A stretch of DNA of 64,000 nt, from assembly GCA_963735595.1 (NCBI GenBank), contig CAVTLK010000005.1, forward strand, positions 384,001-448,000, read 5' to 3'. Every line of letters starts with the position of its first letter. Position 1 is the stretch's first letter. Under the pieces are notes generated by a model. The model saw only the letters and a list, made by a program, of their open reading frames with translations, did not search any database and was not told the DNA's origin. Shown piece by piece: positions 31,682 through 42,476 of the stretch. Origin of the DNA: an uncultured delta proteobacterium. GTDB taxonomy: Bacteria; Desulfobacterota; Zymogenia; Zymogenales; Zymogenaceae. The position numbers and the translations under genes are program-made.

Positions 31682-33937
31682 ATGGCTAAATTCCTCATCA
31701 TACGCAAGGCGGTCTACCGGGACGTAATCGGCCTTTTTCTGCTGGCCCTTTCGGTCTTCCTGGGGATGAGCCTCCTGTCGTTCCATGCCGCAGACCCGAC
31801 GGCGAGCGCCGGCGAATCGGCGGGCGCGGTCCTCAACTGGGGGGGGATCGTGGGAGCGTGGCTGGCGCACCTGTTGTTCGCGTACCTGGGGGTCGTCGCG
31901 TTTGCCGTGCCGCCGGTTTGCCTGGCCGCCTCGATCCATTTCTTCAAGAAGGAAGGAATCCGCTACCTCGGGTACGACCTTATCTGCGGCCTGTTCGTCG
32001 GCCTTTCGGCGATGACGATCCTGGGGCTCTTCTTCAGCGAAGGGCCGGTGCTCTATTCCGACACCGTCCATGCCGGGGGCCTGGCCGGGGGCGGGCTTGC
32101 GCGGATCTTCACGGGCCTCTTCAACACCGCCGGGGCGTTCGTCTTTTCGTCATTGGCGCTGGTACTTTTTCTCGTGCTGTTGTTCGGGATAAGCATGGGG
32201 GACGTCGTCAGCAGCGCGGCCTCGGCCGCCTCGGCGTCGGCGCGGTTCCTCGGGGGGCTGATGCGCCGGGAGGCGGTTCGCGTTTCGGACGGCGATGCGC
32301 CGGCACGGGGAATAAAGGTAAGAGCGGCATCGAAGCCGCGCGCGGCCGGTGACGAAGACGAAGACGAAGGAGAACGCGCAAACTCCGTTGACGGGCAGGA
32401 GGAGGCGCACAGCGCCGAACACCTCCCGCCGGTGATCAAGACCCCCCAGAAGAAGGAGGCCCGGCCCGAAACGCAGAGAGAAGGACATGCCCCGATCGGG
32501 TACACGCCGCCCGCGGGCGGCTACCGGCTGCCGCCGATAGAGCTGCTGAAACAATCCGACCACGAAGGGCCGGGTGTCGACCGGGAGGTACTGGTGACGA
32601 CGGCCAGGAACCTCGAAAAGAAACTCGCCGATTTCGGTGTCAGTGGGCGGGTGACGGAAGTGCGGCCGGGGCCCATCATCACGCTGTACGAGTTCGAGCC
32701 GGCCGCCGGCGAGCGTATAAATAAAATCGCGGCGCTGGCCGACGATATTGCGATGGCGATGTCGGCCTACTCCGTGCGGATTATCGCCCCGATACCGGGC
32801 AAAGCGGTGGTCGGGTTCGAAATCCCCAACGAGTCCCGGCAGACCGTCATGATCCGGGACATCATCGATTCGGAGCGCTTCGACCAGTCCAAGTCGCGGC
32901 TCTCGTGCGCCATCGGGAAAGACATCTACGGTAACCCCATGGTGGCCGACCTGGCCAAGATGCCGCACCTGCTGGTGGCCGGCGCCACGGGCGCGGGCAA
33001 GAGCGTGTGCATCAACACGATGATCCTCTCGATACTCTACAAGGCGACCCCTCAGGAGGTCCGCTTCCTCCTGATCGACCCGAAGATGCTGGAGCTTTCC
33101 CTCTACGCCGGGATTCCCCACCTGCTGCTTCCGGTGGTGACCGACCCCCGGCAGGCGGCGGTCGCGCTGCGGTGGGTCGTGGAAGAAATGGAGCGCCGCT
33201 ACCGGGTCATGGCCGAGCTCGGCGTGAAGAATATCGCGGGATACAACGCGAAGATCGAGGGGCCGAGGCCCGCGCGCGCCCTGGAAGGGCCGGACTATGA
33301 AAGTATGCCGCTCCTGCTGGTGGTTATCGACGAGCTGGCCGATCTCATGATGACCTCATCCAAGGAGGTGGAGGAATCGATCACCCGGCTTGCCCACATG
33401 GCGCGCGCGGCCGGTATTCACCTTGTGCTTGCGACCCAGCGGCCGTCGGTAAACGTACTGACGGGGGTCATCAAGGCGAATTTTCCCGCCCGGATTTCGT
33501 TCCAGGTGTCCTCCCGGGTCGATTCGCGAACGATTCTCGACACGTCGGGGGCGGAGCACCTGCTGGGGAAGGGGGACATGCTGTTCCTGCCCCCGGCGAC
33601 ATCCAAGCTCATCAGGGTCCACGGGGCCTACGTCTCCGAGGAGGAGATAGGCAAGGTCGTCGGCTTCGTGCGAAGCCAGGGGGCGCCGACGTACGAAGAG
33701 ATCGACCTCGATAGGCCCGAGGACGTCGGCGGCGGTACCGGGGACGACTACGACGAAAAATTCGATGAGGCCGTGGCGCTCGTCGCGGCGACCGGGAAGG
33801 CGTCCATCTCTCTGGTGCAGCGGCATCTGCGCATCGGGTATAACCGGGCCGCCCGGATCATCGAGAAGATGGAGGAGGACGGTATAATTGGGCCTTCCGA
33901 CGGCGTAAAGCCTCGGGAAGTGTTCGTACATAAATAG
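31682..33937 (+). CDS. ftsK: DNA translocase FtsK
   Basis: N-terminal TM region, PHLLVAGATGAGKS, IDELADL, ATQRPS, gamma domain IGYNRAARI. Confidence 0.96.
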   Translation: MAKFLIIRKAVYRDVIGLFLLALSVFLGMSLLSFHAADPTASAGESAGAVLNWGGIVGAWLAHLLFAYLGVVAFAVPPVCLAASIHFFKKEGIRYLGYDLICGLFVGLSAMTILGLFFSEGPVLYSDTVHAGGLAGGGLARIFTGLFNTAGAFVFSSLALVLFLVLLFGISMGDVVSSAASAASASARFLGGLMRREAVRVSDGDAPARGIKVRAASKPRAAGDEDEDEGERANSVDGQEEAHSAEHLPPVIKTPQKKEARPETQREGHAPIGYTPPAGGYRLPPIELLKQSDHEGPGVDREVLVTTARNLEKKLADFGVSGRVTEVRPGPIITLYEFEPAAGERINKIAALADDIAMAMSAYSVRIIAPIPGKAVVGFEIPNESRQTVMIRDIIDSERFDQSKSRLSCAIGKDIYGNPMVADLAKMPHLLVAGATGAGKSVCINTMILSILYKATPQEVRFLLIDPKMLELSLYAGIPHLLLPVVTDPRQAAVALRWVVEEMERRYRVMAELGVKNIAGYNAKIEGPRPARALEGPDYESMPLLLVVIDELADLMMTSSKEVEESITRLAHMARAAGIHLVLATQRPSVNVLTGVIKANFPARISFQVSSRVDSRTILDTSGAEHLLGKGDMLFLPPATSKLIRVHGAYVSEEEIGKVVGFVRSQGAPTYEEIDLDRPEDVGGGTGDDYDEKFDEAVALVAATGKASISLVQRHLRIGYNRAARIIEKMEEDGIIGPSDGVKPREVFVHK

Positions 33938-33952
33938 TAAAAGGAGCCGATT

Positions 33953-34681
33953 GTGAAACGAATAGCAGGCATCTCGATTCTCGTGGGGATCATCGTTGGG
34001 CTTTACGGCATTTCGGCGGCGGCCGAGGAGGGCGTCAATGAGGTTATCGACAAGCTTCAGGCCAACTATGACCGGACGGAGGATTTCTCCGCGACGTTTA
34101 CCCAGGAGACGATTTCCAAGAGCATAGGCGCGCCCGCCGTTATGAACGGGAAGATATATATCAAGAAGCCGGGGATGATGAGGATCGACTATACCGATCC
34201 CAAGAAGTGGCAGATCATCAGCGACGGGGTGACGTCGTGGCTCTATTTCCCGGACGACAAGCAGGTGCGGATCTATAAGACCGCCGAGGCCTTCGAAAAC
34301 GTGCCGTTTTTGAACTTCCTGTTCGGAAAGGGCAGGATATCAGACGATTTTACCGCGTCCTTTGGCGAGCTCGAAAAGAGCGAGGCGGCCAACAGCTACC
34401 TCCTTGTTCTGGCGCCGAAGAGCGCGGATTCCACGATAGACCGCGTCCTTATCCTCGTCTCCAAGAACGAATACCTGATCAAGCAGCTCAATACGTATGA
34501 TGTGCTCGGGGGCGTGATACGGATCGCGTTCAAGGACATCGCGCTCAACTCGGGCCTCAAGGACTCGATGTTCCATTTCATCGTCCCGTCGGGAGTCGAG
34601 ACGTTCAAGATCGAGACAAAGACCCCGCCGAAGGCGAAGGGTAACGTTAAGATCGAAATTATCGAGGACAACGAGAAATAG
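33953..34681 (+). CDS. lolA: Outer-membrane lipoprotein carrier protein
   Basis: Signal peptide, FSATFTQ, IKKPGMMRIDY, IISDG; follows ftsK. Confidence 0.85.
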   Translation: MKRIAGISILVGIIVGLYGISAAAEEGVNEVIDKLQANYDRTEDFSATFTQETISKSIGAPAVMNGKIYIKKPGMMRIDYTDPKKWQIISDGVTSWLYFPDDKQVRIYKTAEAFENVPFLNFLFGKGRISDDFTASFGELEKSEAANSYLLVLAPKSADSTIDRVLILVSKNEYLIKQLNTYDVLGGVIRIAFKDIALNSGLKDSMFHFIVPSGVETFKIETKTPPKAKGNVKIEIIEDNEK

Positions 34682-34748
34682 GTCTGTCCTCCTGTTCCGT
34701 ACGGCATGAGGCCCCCGGGGGCCTCATGGCTTTTTTTGGGGCCGTGGT

Positions 34749-36056
34749 ATGCGTACCTACTGTATGATCGCCCTGGGGTGCGACAAGAACATCATCGACG
34801 CCGAAACGGCGGCAAAGTGCCTCATCGACCGGGGATTCGTATCCGTGCCGACGCCGGAGGCGGCCGATATCGTTATCGTGCATACGTGCGCCTTTATCGA
34901 CGAGGCCAAGGAGGAATCGATCTCGGTCATCCTGGAGGCGGCGCAGGGAAAGAGGGAGGGCGCCGCCCTCGTGGTGTCCGGCTGCCTGGCCCAGCGCTAC
35001 GCGCAGGAGCTGGCCGAACAGATGCCCGAGGTCGATCTCTTCGTCGGGGTCGGCAGGCACGACCGGATCGCCGACCTGTTGGGGTCCGCGCGGGTCTCGG
35101 TGGGGGAGGCCGGAGAGAGCCCCGTCGATACGAGAAACCGCATCCCGTCCACGCCGCCCTGGTCGGCCTTCGTCAAGGTCTCGGAGGGGTGCGATAACCG
35201 CTGCTCCTATTGCGTTATCCCGTCCATCCGCGGGCCTCTTCAGAGCAGGCCGGTAGGCCATATCATCGAGGAGATTCGCTGGCTCGAAAAACGGGGGCTG
35301 GTGGAGCTCAACCTGATCGCCCAGGACGTCGCCGCGTACGGCGCGGACCTCGGCACTGACGACGGTCTCCCCGGGCTCCTCGAAACGATCCTGGCCGAGA
35401 CCGGCGTGCCGTGGATACGCCTCCTCTATCTCCATCCGGCGCACATCAGCGACCGGCTCATCGGTCTGGTGTCCGACCGCGGCCGTATCCTTAACTATAT
35501 GGATATCCCCATCCAGCATATTAACGACGGGATCCTGTCGGCCATGGGAAGAAGGATCGACCGGGCCGGGATCGTCTCCCTCCTGGAACGGCTCACGAGC
35601 CGGATCGAGGGCCTCTTTTTGCGGACGAGCCTTATCGTCGGTTTTCCGGGCGAGGGAGACAGGGAGTTCGACGAGCTGGCAGACTTTATCGCGGAGGGCC
35701 GTTTTCATCACGTCGGGGTATTCCGGTATTCCCGGGAGGAAACAACACGGGCCATGTCGTTTTCCGGCAGGGTGCCGAAGAATACGGCGAGGAAAAGACG
35801 CGATACGATCATGTCCGTCCAGGAGAAGGTATCCCACTCGCACTATAAGCGCCTCGTCGGCGGCGAGGGGGACGTGCTGGTGGAACGCCCCTACGGGGAG
35901 AAGGGTGCATCACTCGCGGGGCGGTTCTACGGCCAGGCCCCCGAGGTTGACGGCATCGTCGCCGTTTACGAGTCATGCGCGGCGCCGGGAGACATCATCC
36001 GCGTCAGATTTACCTACGCGTATCCCTATGACCTGGCGGCGCGGGCGATCCGATAG
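34749..36056 (+). CDS. rimO: Ribosomal protein S12 methylthiotransferase
   Basis: LGCDKNIID, TCAFIDEAKEES, EGCDNRCSYCVIP, QAPEVDG. Confidence 0.93.
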   Translation: MRTYCMIALGCDKNIIDAETAAKCLIDRGFVSVPTPEAADIVIVHTCAFIDEAKEESISVILEAAQGKREGAALVVSGCLAQRYAQELAEQMPEVDLFVGVGRHDRIADLLGSARVSVGEAGESPVDTRNRIPSTPPWSAFVKVSEGCDNRCSYCVIPSIRGPLQSRPVGHIIEEIRWLEKRGLVELNLIAQDVAAYGADLGTDDGLPGLLETILAETGVPWIRLLYLHPAHISDRLIGLVSDRGRILNYMDIPIQHINDGILSAMGRRIDRAGIVSLLERLTSRIEGLFLRTSLIVGFPGEGDREFDELADFIAEGRFHHVGVFRYSREETTRAMSFSGRVPKNTARKRRDTIMSVQEKVSHSHYKRLVGGEGDVLVERPYGEKGASLAGRFYGQAPEVDGIVAVYESCAAPGDIIRVRFTYAYPYDLAARAIR

Positions 36057-36097
36057 GGGCGAGAGCGGCCGGGGGGCCGTTCATTTCTGATTTTTGC

Positions 36098-36125
36098 TTG
36101 ACAAAGAGAAGAAATAGTATATAGT
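36098..36125 (+). promoter_or_regulatory. Sigma70-like promoter
   Basis: TTGACA-16 bp-TATAGT upstream of dksA-like gene. Confidence 0.55.
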
Positions 36126-36209
36126 TTCAAAACTTATTACCGGCATACGCATCAAAAGATAATCGTGCGTTTTCGCCTGTTTCATCTGTCATTATTCAGC
36201 GGAGATAAA

Positions 36210-36659
36210 ATGGACGAAAAGAACAAAGATAAAATGGACGCAAATTACAAAGAGCTGCGGGAATCCCTGCTCAAGACGCGGGAGAGCCTGATAAAAGAGA
36301 TCAAACTGAAGGCCCGGTCCGAGAGCGACGATACCGTAAAGACCGAGGTCGGGGATATATATGATCTGGCCAGCAACGAACGGGACCGGGAGCTCAATCT
36401 CCTGATTTCCGATCGAGAGAGGGAAAAGCTCCTTCAGATAGAGGATGCCATCAACCGGATCGATGATGGCACATACGGGATTTGCGTGGAGTGTGAGTCG
36501 CCCATACCGAAGGAGCGCCTTGTGATCATGCCGTTTGCGCGGCTGTGCGTGAACTGCCAGGCCGAAAACGAGAGATCGAAGACCATGGAAAAGGAGTTCA
36601 AGGAAGAGCGGGAATACCGTAAACTGGCGTTCACCAGCTCGGACGAGGAAGAAGCCTAA
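36210..36659 (+). CDS. DksA/TraR family C4 zinc-finger protein
   Basis: GDIYDLA coiled-coil tip, GTYGICVEC..IPKERL..LCVNC. Confidence 0.9.
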   Translation: MDEKNKDKMDANYKELRESLLKTRESLIKEIKLKARSESDDTVKTEVGDIYDLASNERDRELNLLISDREREKLLQIEDAINRIDDGTYGICVECESPIPKERLVIMPFARLCVNCQAENERSKTMEKEFKEEREYRKLAFTSSDEEEA

Positions 36660-36664
36660 TATCC

Positions 36665-37678
36665 GTGAAAACCACCCATCTCTTGAAGTATATCGTCGGC
36701 GCGGCGGTAATCATTGCTCTCCTCGGCCTCTGGTACGCCAAAAAGGATACGGTCACCGTTAGCGACTCCCGCCTTACCCTGGGGACCGTCGTCGAGATCA
36801 CGCTCATCGGTAACAATAAAGCGGCGCTGGAAGACGCGATGACCGCGGCGTTTGCGCGGATCACCGAGATCGAAATGGTGGCCGACCGATTTACCTCGGA
36901 GAGCGAGATATCGGCCGTCAACCGGAGAAAGACCCCGGCAACAATTGCCGTATCGGCCGACATGCTCAGGATGCTGCTGATCTCCCGGAAGGTCTCCGAC
37001 CTTACGGGCGGCGCGTTTGACGTCACGGTGGCGCCGCTGGTCGACCTATGGGGATTTGACGTCGGCGGAAGGCTGCCTGCGCGCGATGAGATAGAGCGGG
37101 AGCTCTCCCGGGTCGACTACCACCGGGTAGCAATCGACGAGGCTTCGTCAACGATCACGCCCACCGACGGTTCCGTGCGCCTGGAACTGGGCGGTATCGC
37201 CCAGGGATACGCGGCCGGTGAGGTCGAAAGGCTCATCAGGGAACGGGGTATAAAGAGCGGGGTTATTAATATCAGCGGTGATATCGCCGTCATCGGGGAC
37301 AAGAACGGTAAGCCATGGCGGATCGGCGTGCAGGACCCGCGAGACACCGATAAACTGTGCGCCGTCATCAATGCAAAAGATATCGCCATCGTTACCTCCG
37401 GGAACTATGAGCGATGTTTTTTTGTGGACGGCGTGAAGTATCACCACATCCTCAATCCCAAGACGGGATACCCGGCGCGCGGGTGCGCGTCGGTTACGGT
37501 GGTGACGCGGGACGTCGTCATTGCCGACGCGCTATCCACCGCGATCTTCGTCCTCGGCCCGGATGAGGGTATGAAACTCGCCGGGACGCTGGACGGCGTT
37601 GAGGTATTGATCGTTACCGAAGAGGGAGAAATGATCTACTCTCCCGGCCTTTCCACGATCATGGAGCCGGTCGATTGA
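36665..37678 (+). CDS. apbE: FAD:protein FMN transferase
   Basis: GAFDVTV, LGGIAQG, TSGNYER, YHHILNPKTG, ADALST. Confidence 0.93.
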   Translation: MKTTHLLKYIVGAAVIIALLGLWYAKKDTVTVSDSRLTLGTVVEITLIGNNKAALEDAMTAAFARITEIEMVADRFTSESEISAVNRRKTPATIAVSADMLRMLLISRKVSDLTGGAFDVTVAPLVDLWGFDVGGRLPARDEIERELSRVDYHRVAIDEASSTITPTDGSVRLELGGIAQGYAAGEVERLIRERGIKSGVINISGDIAVIGDKNGKPWRIGVQDPRDTDKLCAVINAKDIAIVTSGNYERCFFVDGVKYHHILNPKTGYPARGCASVTVVTRDVVIADALSTAIFVLGPDEGMKLAGTLDGVEVLIVTEEGEMIYSPGLSTIMEPVD

Positions 37679-37814
37679 GGATTGCCGGCCGCCGCGGGGG
37701 GATTCCCCTCCCGGCGAGGGGGCCTATCGTCGGCCGGGAACCGTTCTTACGTCCGACCCGGTTTCCCCGTAGAGTTGATGTGATTCCACTATTACCAATT
37801 ATAGAACAGACAGC

Positions 37815-38180
37815 GTGTTTACCCGAGCCGATAAAATCCTCATCATTACACTGATCGTCCTTACGGCGGCTTCCTATCCGGCCATCAGGCACCTTTCGGC
37901 CGGGGCCTCATTCCTTGAGGTCGAGGTGGAGGGGGAGACCGGAATGGTGGTCCGTCTGGACCAGGACCGGGACATTACGGTCGAGGGCAGGCTCGGCGCG
38001 ACAACTATCCGTATTGACGAGAGCGGTGCGCGGTTCATCCAATCGCCCTGCATCGATAAGAAATGCGTCGAGTCGGCCCCGGTCAAGGACGCCGGGGAAA
38101 TAGCGGTCTGCGTTCCGAATCGTGTCATGATCCGGGTCCTCGGTGAAAACCGGGTGAAGACCGATTTCATCTCGCGGTGA
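37815..38180 (+). CDS. NusG domain II-containing membrane-anchored protein
   Basis: N-terminal TM, SPCIDKKCV, VCVPNRV. Confidence 0.85.
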   Translation: MFTRADKILIITLIVLTAASYPAIRHLSAGASFLEVEVEGETGMVVRLDQDRDITVEGRLGATTIRIDESGARFIQSPCIDKKCVESAPVKDAGEIAVCVPNRVMIRVLGENRVKTDFISR

Positions 38181-38184
38181 CACG

Positions 38185-38763
38185 ATGAAAGACGTCAGAC
38201 GGCTCGTCATTATTGCCCTTCTTTCCGGCCTCGCGGTGGTGATCTATGCCGTCGAGTCATTCATCCCGACGCCGTCGCCCTGGCTTCGCCTCGGATTTTC
38301 ACACATCATCACCCTTTTTGCCCTCCTGTTTTTCGGGACATCCACGGCCTTTATGGTCTTTTGCATAAGAACGTTCGTGGGATCGCTGATTATCGGTAAG
38401 CTCCTCTCGCCGACGTTTATACTGGGGTTTTTCGGGGGGTGCTCTGCGCTCGCCGTGATGGCCGTAATGGTCGATCTGCTCAGGGGGAGGTGGTTTTCGG
38501 TAGTCGGGATCTCGGTTGCGGGGGCATGGATCAACAACGTCGTGCAGGTCGTGCTTGCCTACCTGGTCTTTATCCGGCACCCCGACATTTTCCTGATCCT
38601 GCCCGCGTTCGGCCTCTTCGCGCTGGGCACCGGCATCGTCAACGGCATCGCCGTCCACTATCTTCAGCGATACGCGGTCGCCGCGTTAGGATTGAAACCA
38701 CGGTTTGCCGGTTGGAACGATTTGAACGGTCCAGACGAAGGGCGCGCTCAGGGAGCGCGGTAG
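38185..38763 (+). CDS. Gx transporter family membrane protein
   Basis: VESFIP.P.PWLRLG, SVVGISVAGA..NNVVQ. Confidence 0.85.
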   Translation: MKDVRRLVIIALLSGLAVVIYAVESFIPTPSPWLRLGFSHIITLFALLFFGTSTAFMVFCIRTFVGSLIIGKLLSPTFILGFFGGCSALAVMAVMVDLLRGRWFSVVGISVAGAWINNVVQVVLAYLVFIRHPDIFLILPAFGLFALGTGIVNGIAVHYLQRYAVAALGLKPRFAGWNDLNGPDEGRAQGAR

Positions 38764-39896
38764 CCGGTCAGAAACACGCCGAGTCTCTCCACCGCCGCTT
38801 CGATGTTTGTCATCGAATTAGCATAACAGAACCTGATATACCCCTCGGCATTGGCGCCGAAATCGATGCCGGGGGTCACGCCGACACCGGCGCGCTCGAG
38901 TATCTCGAAGGCAAACGAGTAGGAGCTCTTGGTGAACTTCTTCGCGTTGGCCAGGACATAGAAGGCGCCCTGGGGGTCGACGGTGATGCCGAATCCGAGC
39001 GACTTGAGCGCGCCGATCATGTAGCGCCTGCGTTCGTTATAGATGGAGCGCATCCGGTCCACCTCATCGCCCGCCTGGGTCAGCGCGGCGATTCCCGCCC
39101 ACTGGACGAAGGTGTTGGCCGAGATAAAGAAATTCTGCTGCATCTTCTGAATGGGGCGGACGAACTGCTTCGGGGCGATCACGTAGCCGAGGCGCCAGCC
39201 GGTCATGGCATAGCGTTTGGAAAAGCCGTTCATGACAAAGGCGTTGTCGGTGAATTCGAGGATCGAGTGTTCCGTATCCTCGTAGACCAGTCCGTGATAG
39301 ATCTCGTCTGACACGATCGTAGGGCCCATCGCGGCCAGGTCCTTCATCCGGTCGGCCGAAAGGAGGTTACCCGTCGGGTTTGAGGGCGAGTTTATGAGGA
39401 TCGCCTTTGTGTTTGGGCCGAGCCTCCGCTTGACGTCGTCCGGGTCAAGCTGAAAGCCCGCATCCTCGAACACCGGGACGTAGCCGGGCACCGCCTCGAC
39501 ATAGGTGATGAAGTTGGGATAACACGCGTACCCGGGGTCCGAAAGGACGATCTCGTCGCCCGGGTTAAGCAGGGCGGAGAAGACCAGCAGCATCGCCGGG
39601 GATGTCCCGCTGGTAACGATCACCCGGTCCGGAGAGACGACTACCCCGTATCGGGTCCGGTAATCGTCACAGATGGCCTGCCTCAGCTCCAACAGCCCGA
39701 GGCTGTGGGAATACTGGGTTTTACCGTCGGCAAGGGCGGCTACGGCCGCGTCCTTAATGACCGCGGGCGTGTCAAAATCGGGCTCGCCCACCTCGAGGTG
39801 TATGATATCCCTGCCGGATCGTTCCAGCTCCTGGCAGCGCTCCAGCACGTCCATGACGATGAATGGGTTGATCTTCTCGGTCCGGGAAGCGACCAT
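38748..39896 (-). CDS. Class I/II PLP-dependent aminotransferase (aspartate aminotransferase-like)
   Basis: VGEPDF, NSPSNPTG, DEIY, GFSKRYAMTGWRLG. Confidence 0.92.
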   Translation of the reverse strand: MVASRTEKINPFIVMDVLERCQELERSGRDIIHLEVGEPDFDTPAVIKDAAVAALADGKTQYSHSLGLLELRQAICDDYRTRYGVVVSPDRVIVTSGTSPAMLLVFSALLNPGDEIVLSDPGYACYPNFITYVEAVPGYVPVFEDAGFQLDPDDVKRRLGPNTKAILINSPSNPTGNLLSADRMKDLAAMGPTIVSDEIYHGLVYEDTEHSILEFTDNAFVMNGFSKRYAMTGWRLGYVIAPKQFVRPIQKMQQNFFISANTFVQWAGIAALTQAGDEVDRMRSIYNERRRYMIGALKSLGFGITVDPQGAFYVLANAKKFTKSSYSFAFEILERAGVGVTPGIDFGANAEGYIRFCYANSMTNIEAAVERLGVFLTGYRAP

Positions 39897-39899
39897 CGA

Positions 39900-40064
39900 T
39901 TAGCGCTCCTCAAACGACATGCGGATACGAAAGTAGGGCCCGTAGTGGACGCTCGATCCGCTGGGGATAAAGTTGACCCCTGCGATTTCCCACCCCTGCC
40001 CGAGGAATTCCTCGATGTTATCGGTGGTGCGATCGTTGACGGTGATGATCCGGTATATCCACAT
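39900..40064 (-). CDS. Small hypothetical protein (DUF4177-like GWE motif)
   Basis: MWIYRII...LGQGWEIAGV; stop lies 3 nt before aminotransferase start. Confidence 0.5.
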   Translation of the reverse strand: MWIYRIITVNDRTTDNIEEFLGQGWEIAGVNFIPSGSSVHYGPYFRIRMSFEER

Positions 40065-40172
40065 AGGGGCAATTGGCCTTTTCAACCTTTCAAACGGGCG
40101 GCCGTATCATCACGTCCGATCCCGCTCGGGGGAACTAATACGCCTGAATTACGGCGGGATCGGGGATAGTGT

Positions 40173-40646
40173 CTATTTGGCTATCTCGATGTTACCGGCC
40201 CCCTCGTAGGCGACGACCGTATCGCGGAACGAGCCCGGGATCGGCCGCACCGTGTGGGTGGCGGGGTCGGTGAAGACGGAGACGGTGTGTCCCCGGGCGG
40301 CGATGACGTCCCGCTCGGGAACATAGACCACGTACTTCATCCGAAAGCTCGAGTTGCCGAGCCGGTCGATACGGGCGGAAATCTCGATGACATCGTCGAA
40401 AAAGAGGGGGGACAGGAAGGAGCAGCACGATTCGACCATCGCCATGCCGATCCCCTGCCGCTTAACGTCGGCCAGGCGAAGGCCCAGGGAGCGGAAATAC
40501 TCGAACCTTCCTATCTCCAGGTAAGTAAAGAAGCTGATGTTGTTGACGATACCTTCCTGATCGGTATGGGACATCATCACGCGTGAGGATGTCCTGAACC
40601 TGAAATCGGTACGGTCGTCTCTTGCGCGCTCGGCCCGGGATGACAC
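40173..40646 (-). CDS. Acyl-CoA thioesterase (hotdog fold, YbgC/FadM-like)
   Basis: TDQEGIVNN..YLEIGR, SPLFFDD, LGNSSF. Confidence 0.85.
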   Translation of the reverse strand: MSSRAERARDDRTDFRFRTSSRVMMSHTDQEGIVNNISFFTYLEIGRFEYFRSLGLRLADVKRQGIGMAMVESCCSFLSPLFFDDVIEISARIDRLGNSSFRMKYVVYVPERDVIAARGHTVSVFTDPATHTVRPIPGSFRDTVVAYEGAGNIEIAK

Positions 40647-40656
40647 GGCTGGGTCG

Positions 40657-41950
<1,294 letters not shown>

Positions 41951-41964
41951 GGTCGTCACCGTTT

Positions 41965-41995
41965 AAAAAAAAAAGGCCGGATGAATCATCCGGCC
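41965..41995 (-). terminator. Rho-independent terminator after ferredoxin
   Basis: Minus strand GGCCGGATG-ATT-CATCCGGCC followed by T10. Confidence 0.8.
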
Positions 41996-42002
41996 GGTCT
42001 GA

Positions 42003-42203
<201 letters not shown>

Positions 42204-42218
42204 TTAGGGTGAAAGATA

Positions 42219-42247
42219 ATTTTAAAATAAATCAAGACAACATGCAA
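42219..42247 (-). promoter_or_regulatory. Sigma70-like promoter of ferredoxin
   Basis: TTGCAT-17 bp-TAAAAT on minus strand. Confidence 0.55.
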
Positions 42248-42351
42248 CACTTTTTTATTTTTCCGCGCGCCTTTTTGCCGCCGCTCTTACAGGCCGGAAG
42301 CTACCGGTACGGGCGGTGGCGCGTCGGCACGTATGATATTGGCCTCGGCGC

Positions 42352-42380
42352 TTGAATTACCGCCGGTCCTGGGGTATACT
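42352..42380 (+). promoter_or_regulatory. Sigma70-like promoter of glpD
   Basis: TTGAAT-17 bp-TATACT. Confidence 0.55.
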
Positions 42381-42476
42381 ATAGGACAGACGCACGGGCG
42401 GTCCCACCGATTGGGTGGTCTGGCTGATAGGACCCCGGCGCCGAAATCTCCATTAACCGGTTCAAGCGAGGCGGCA

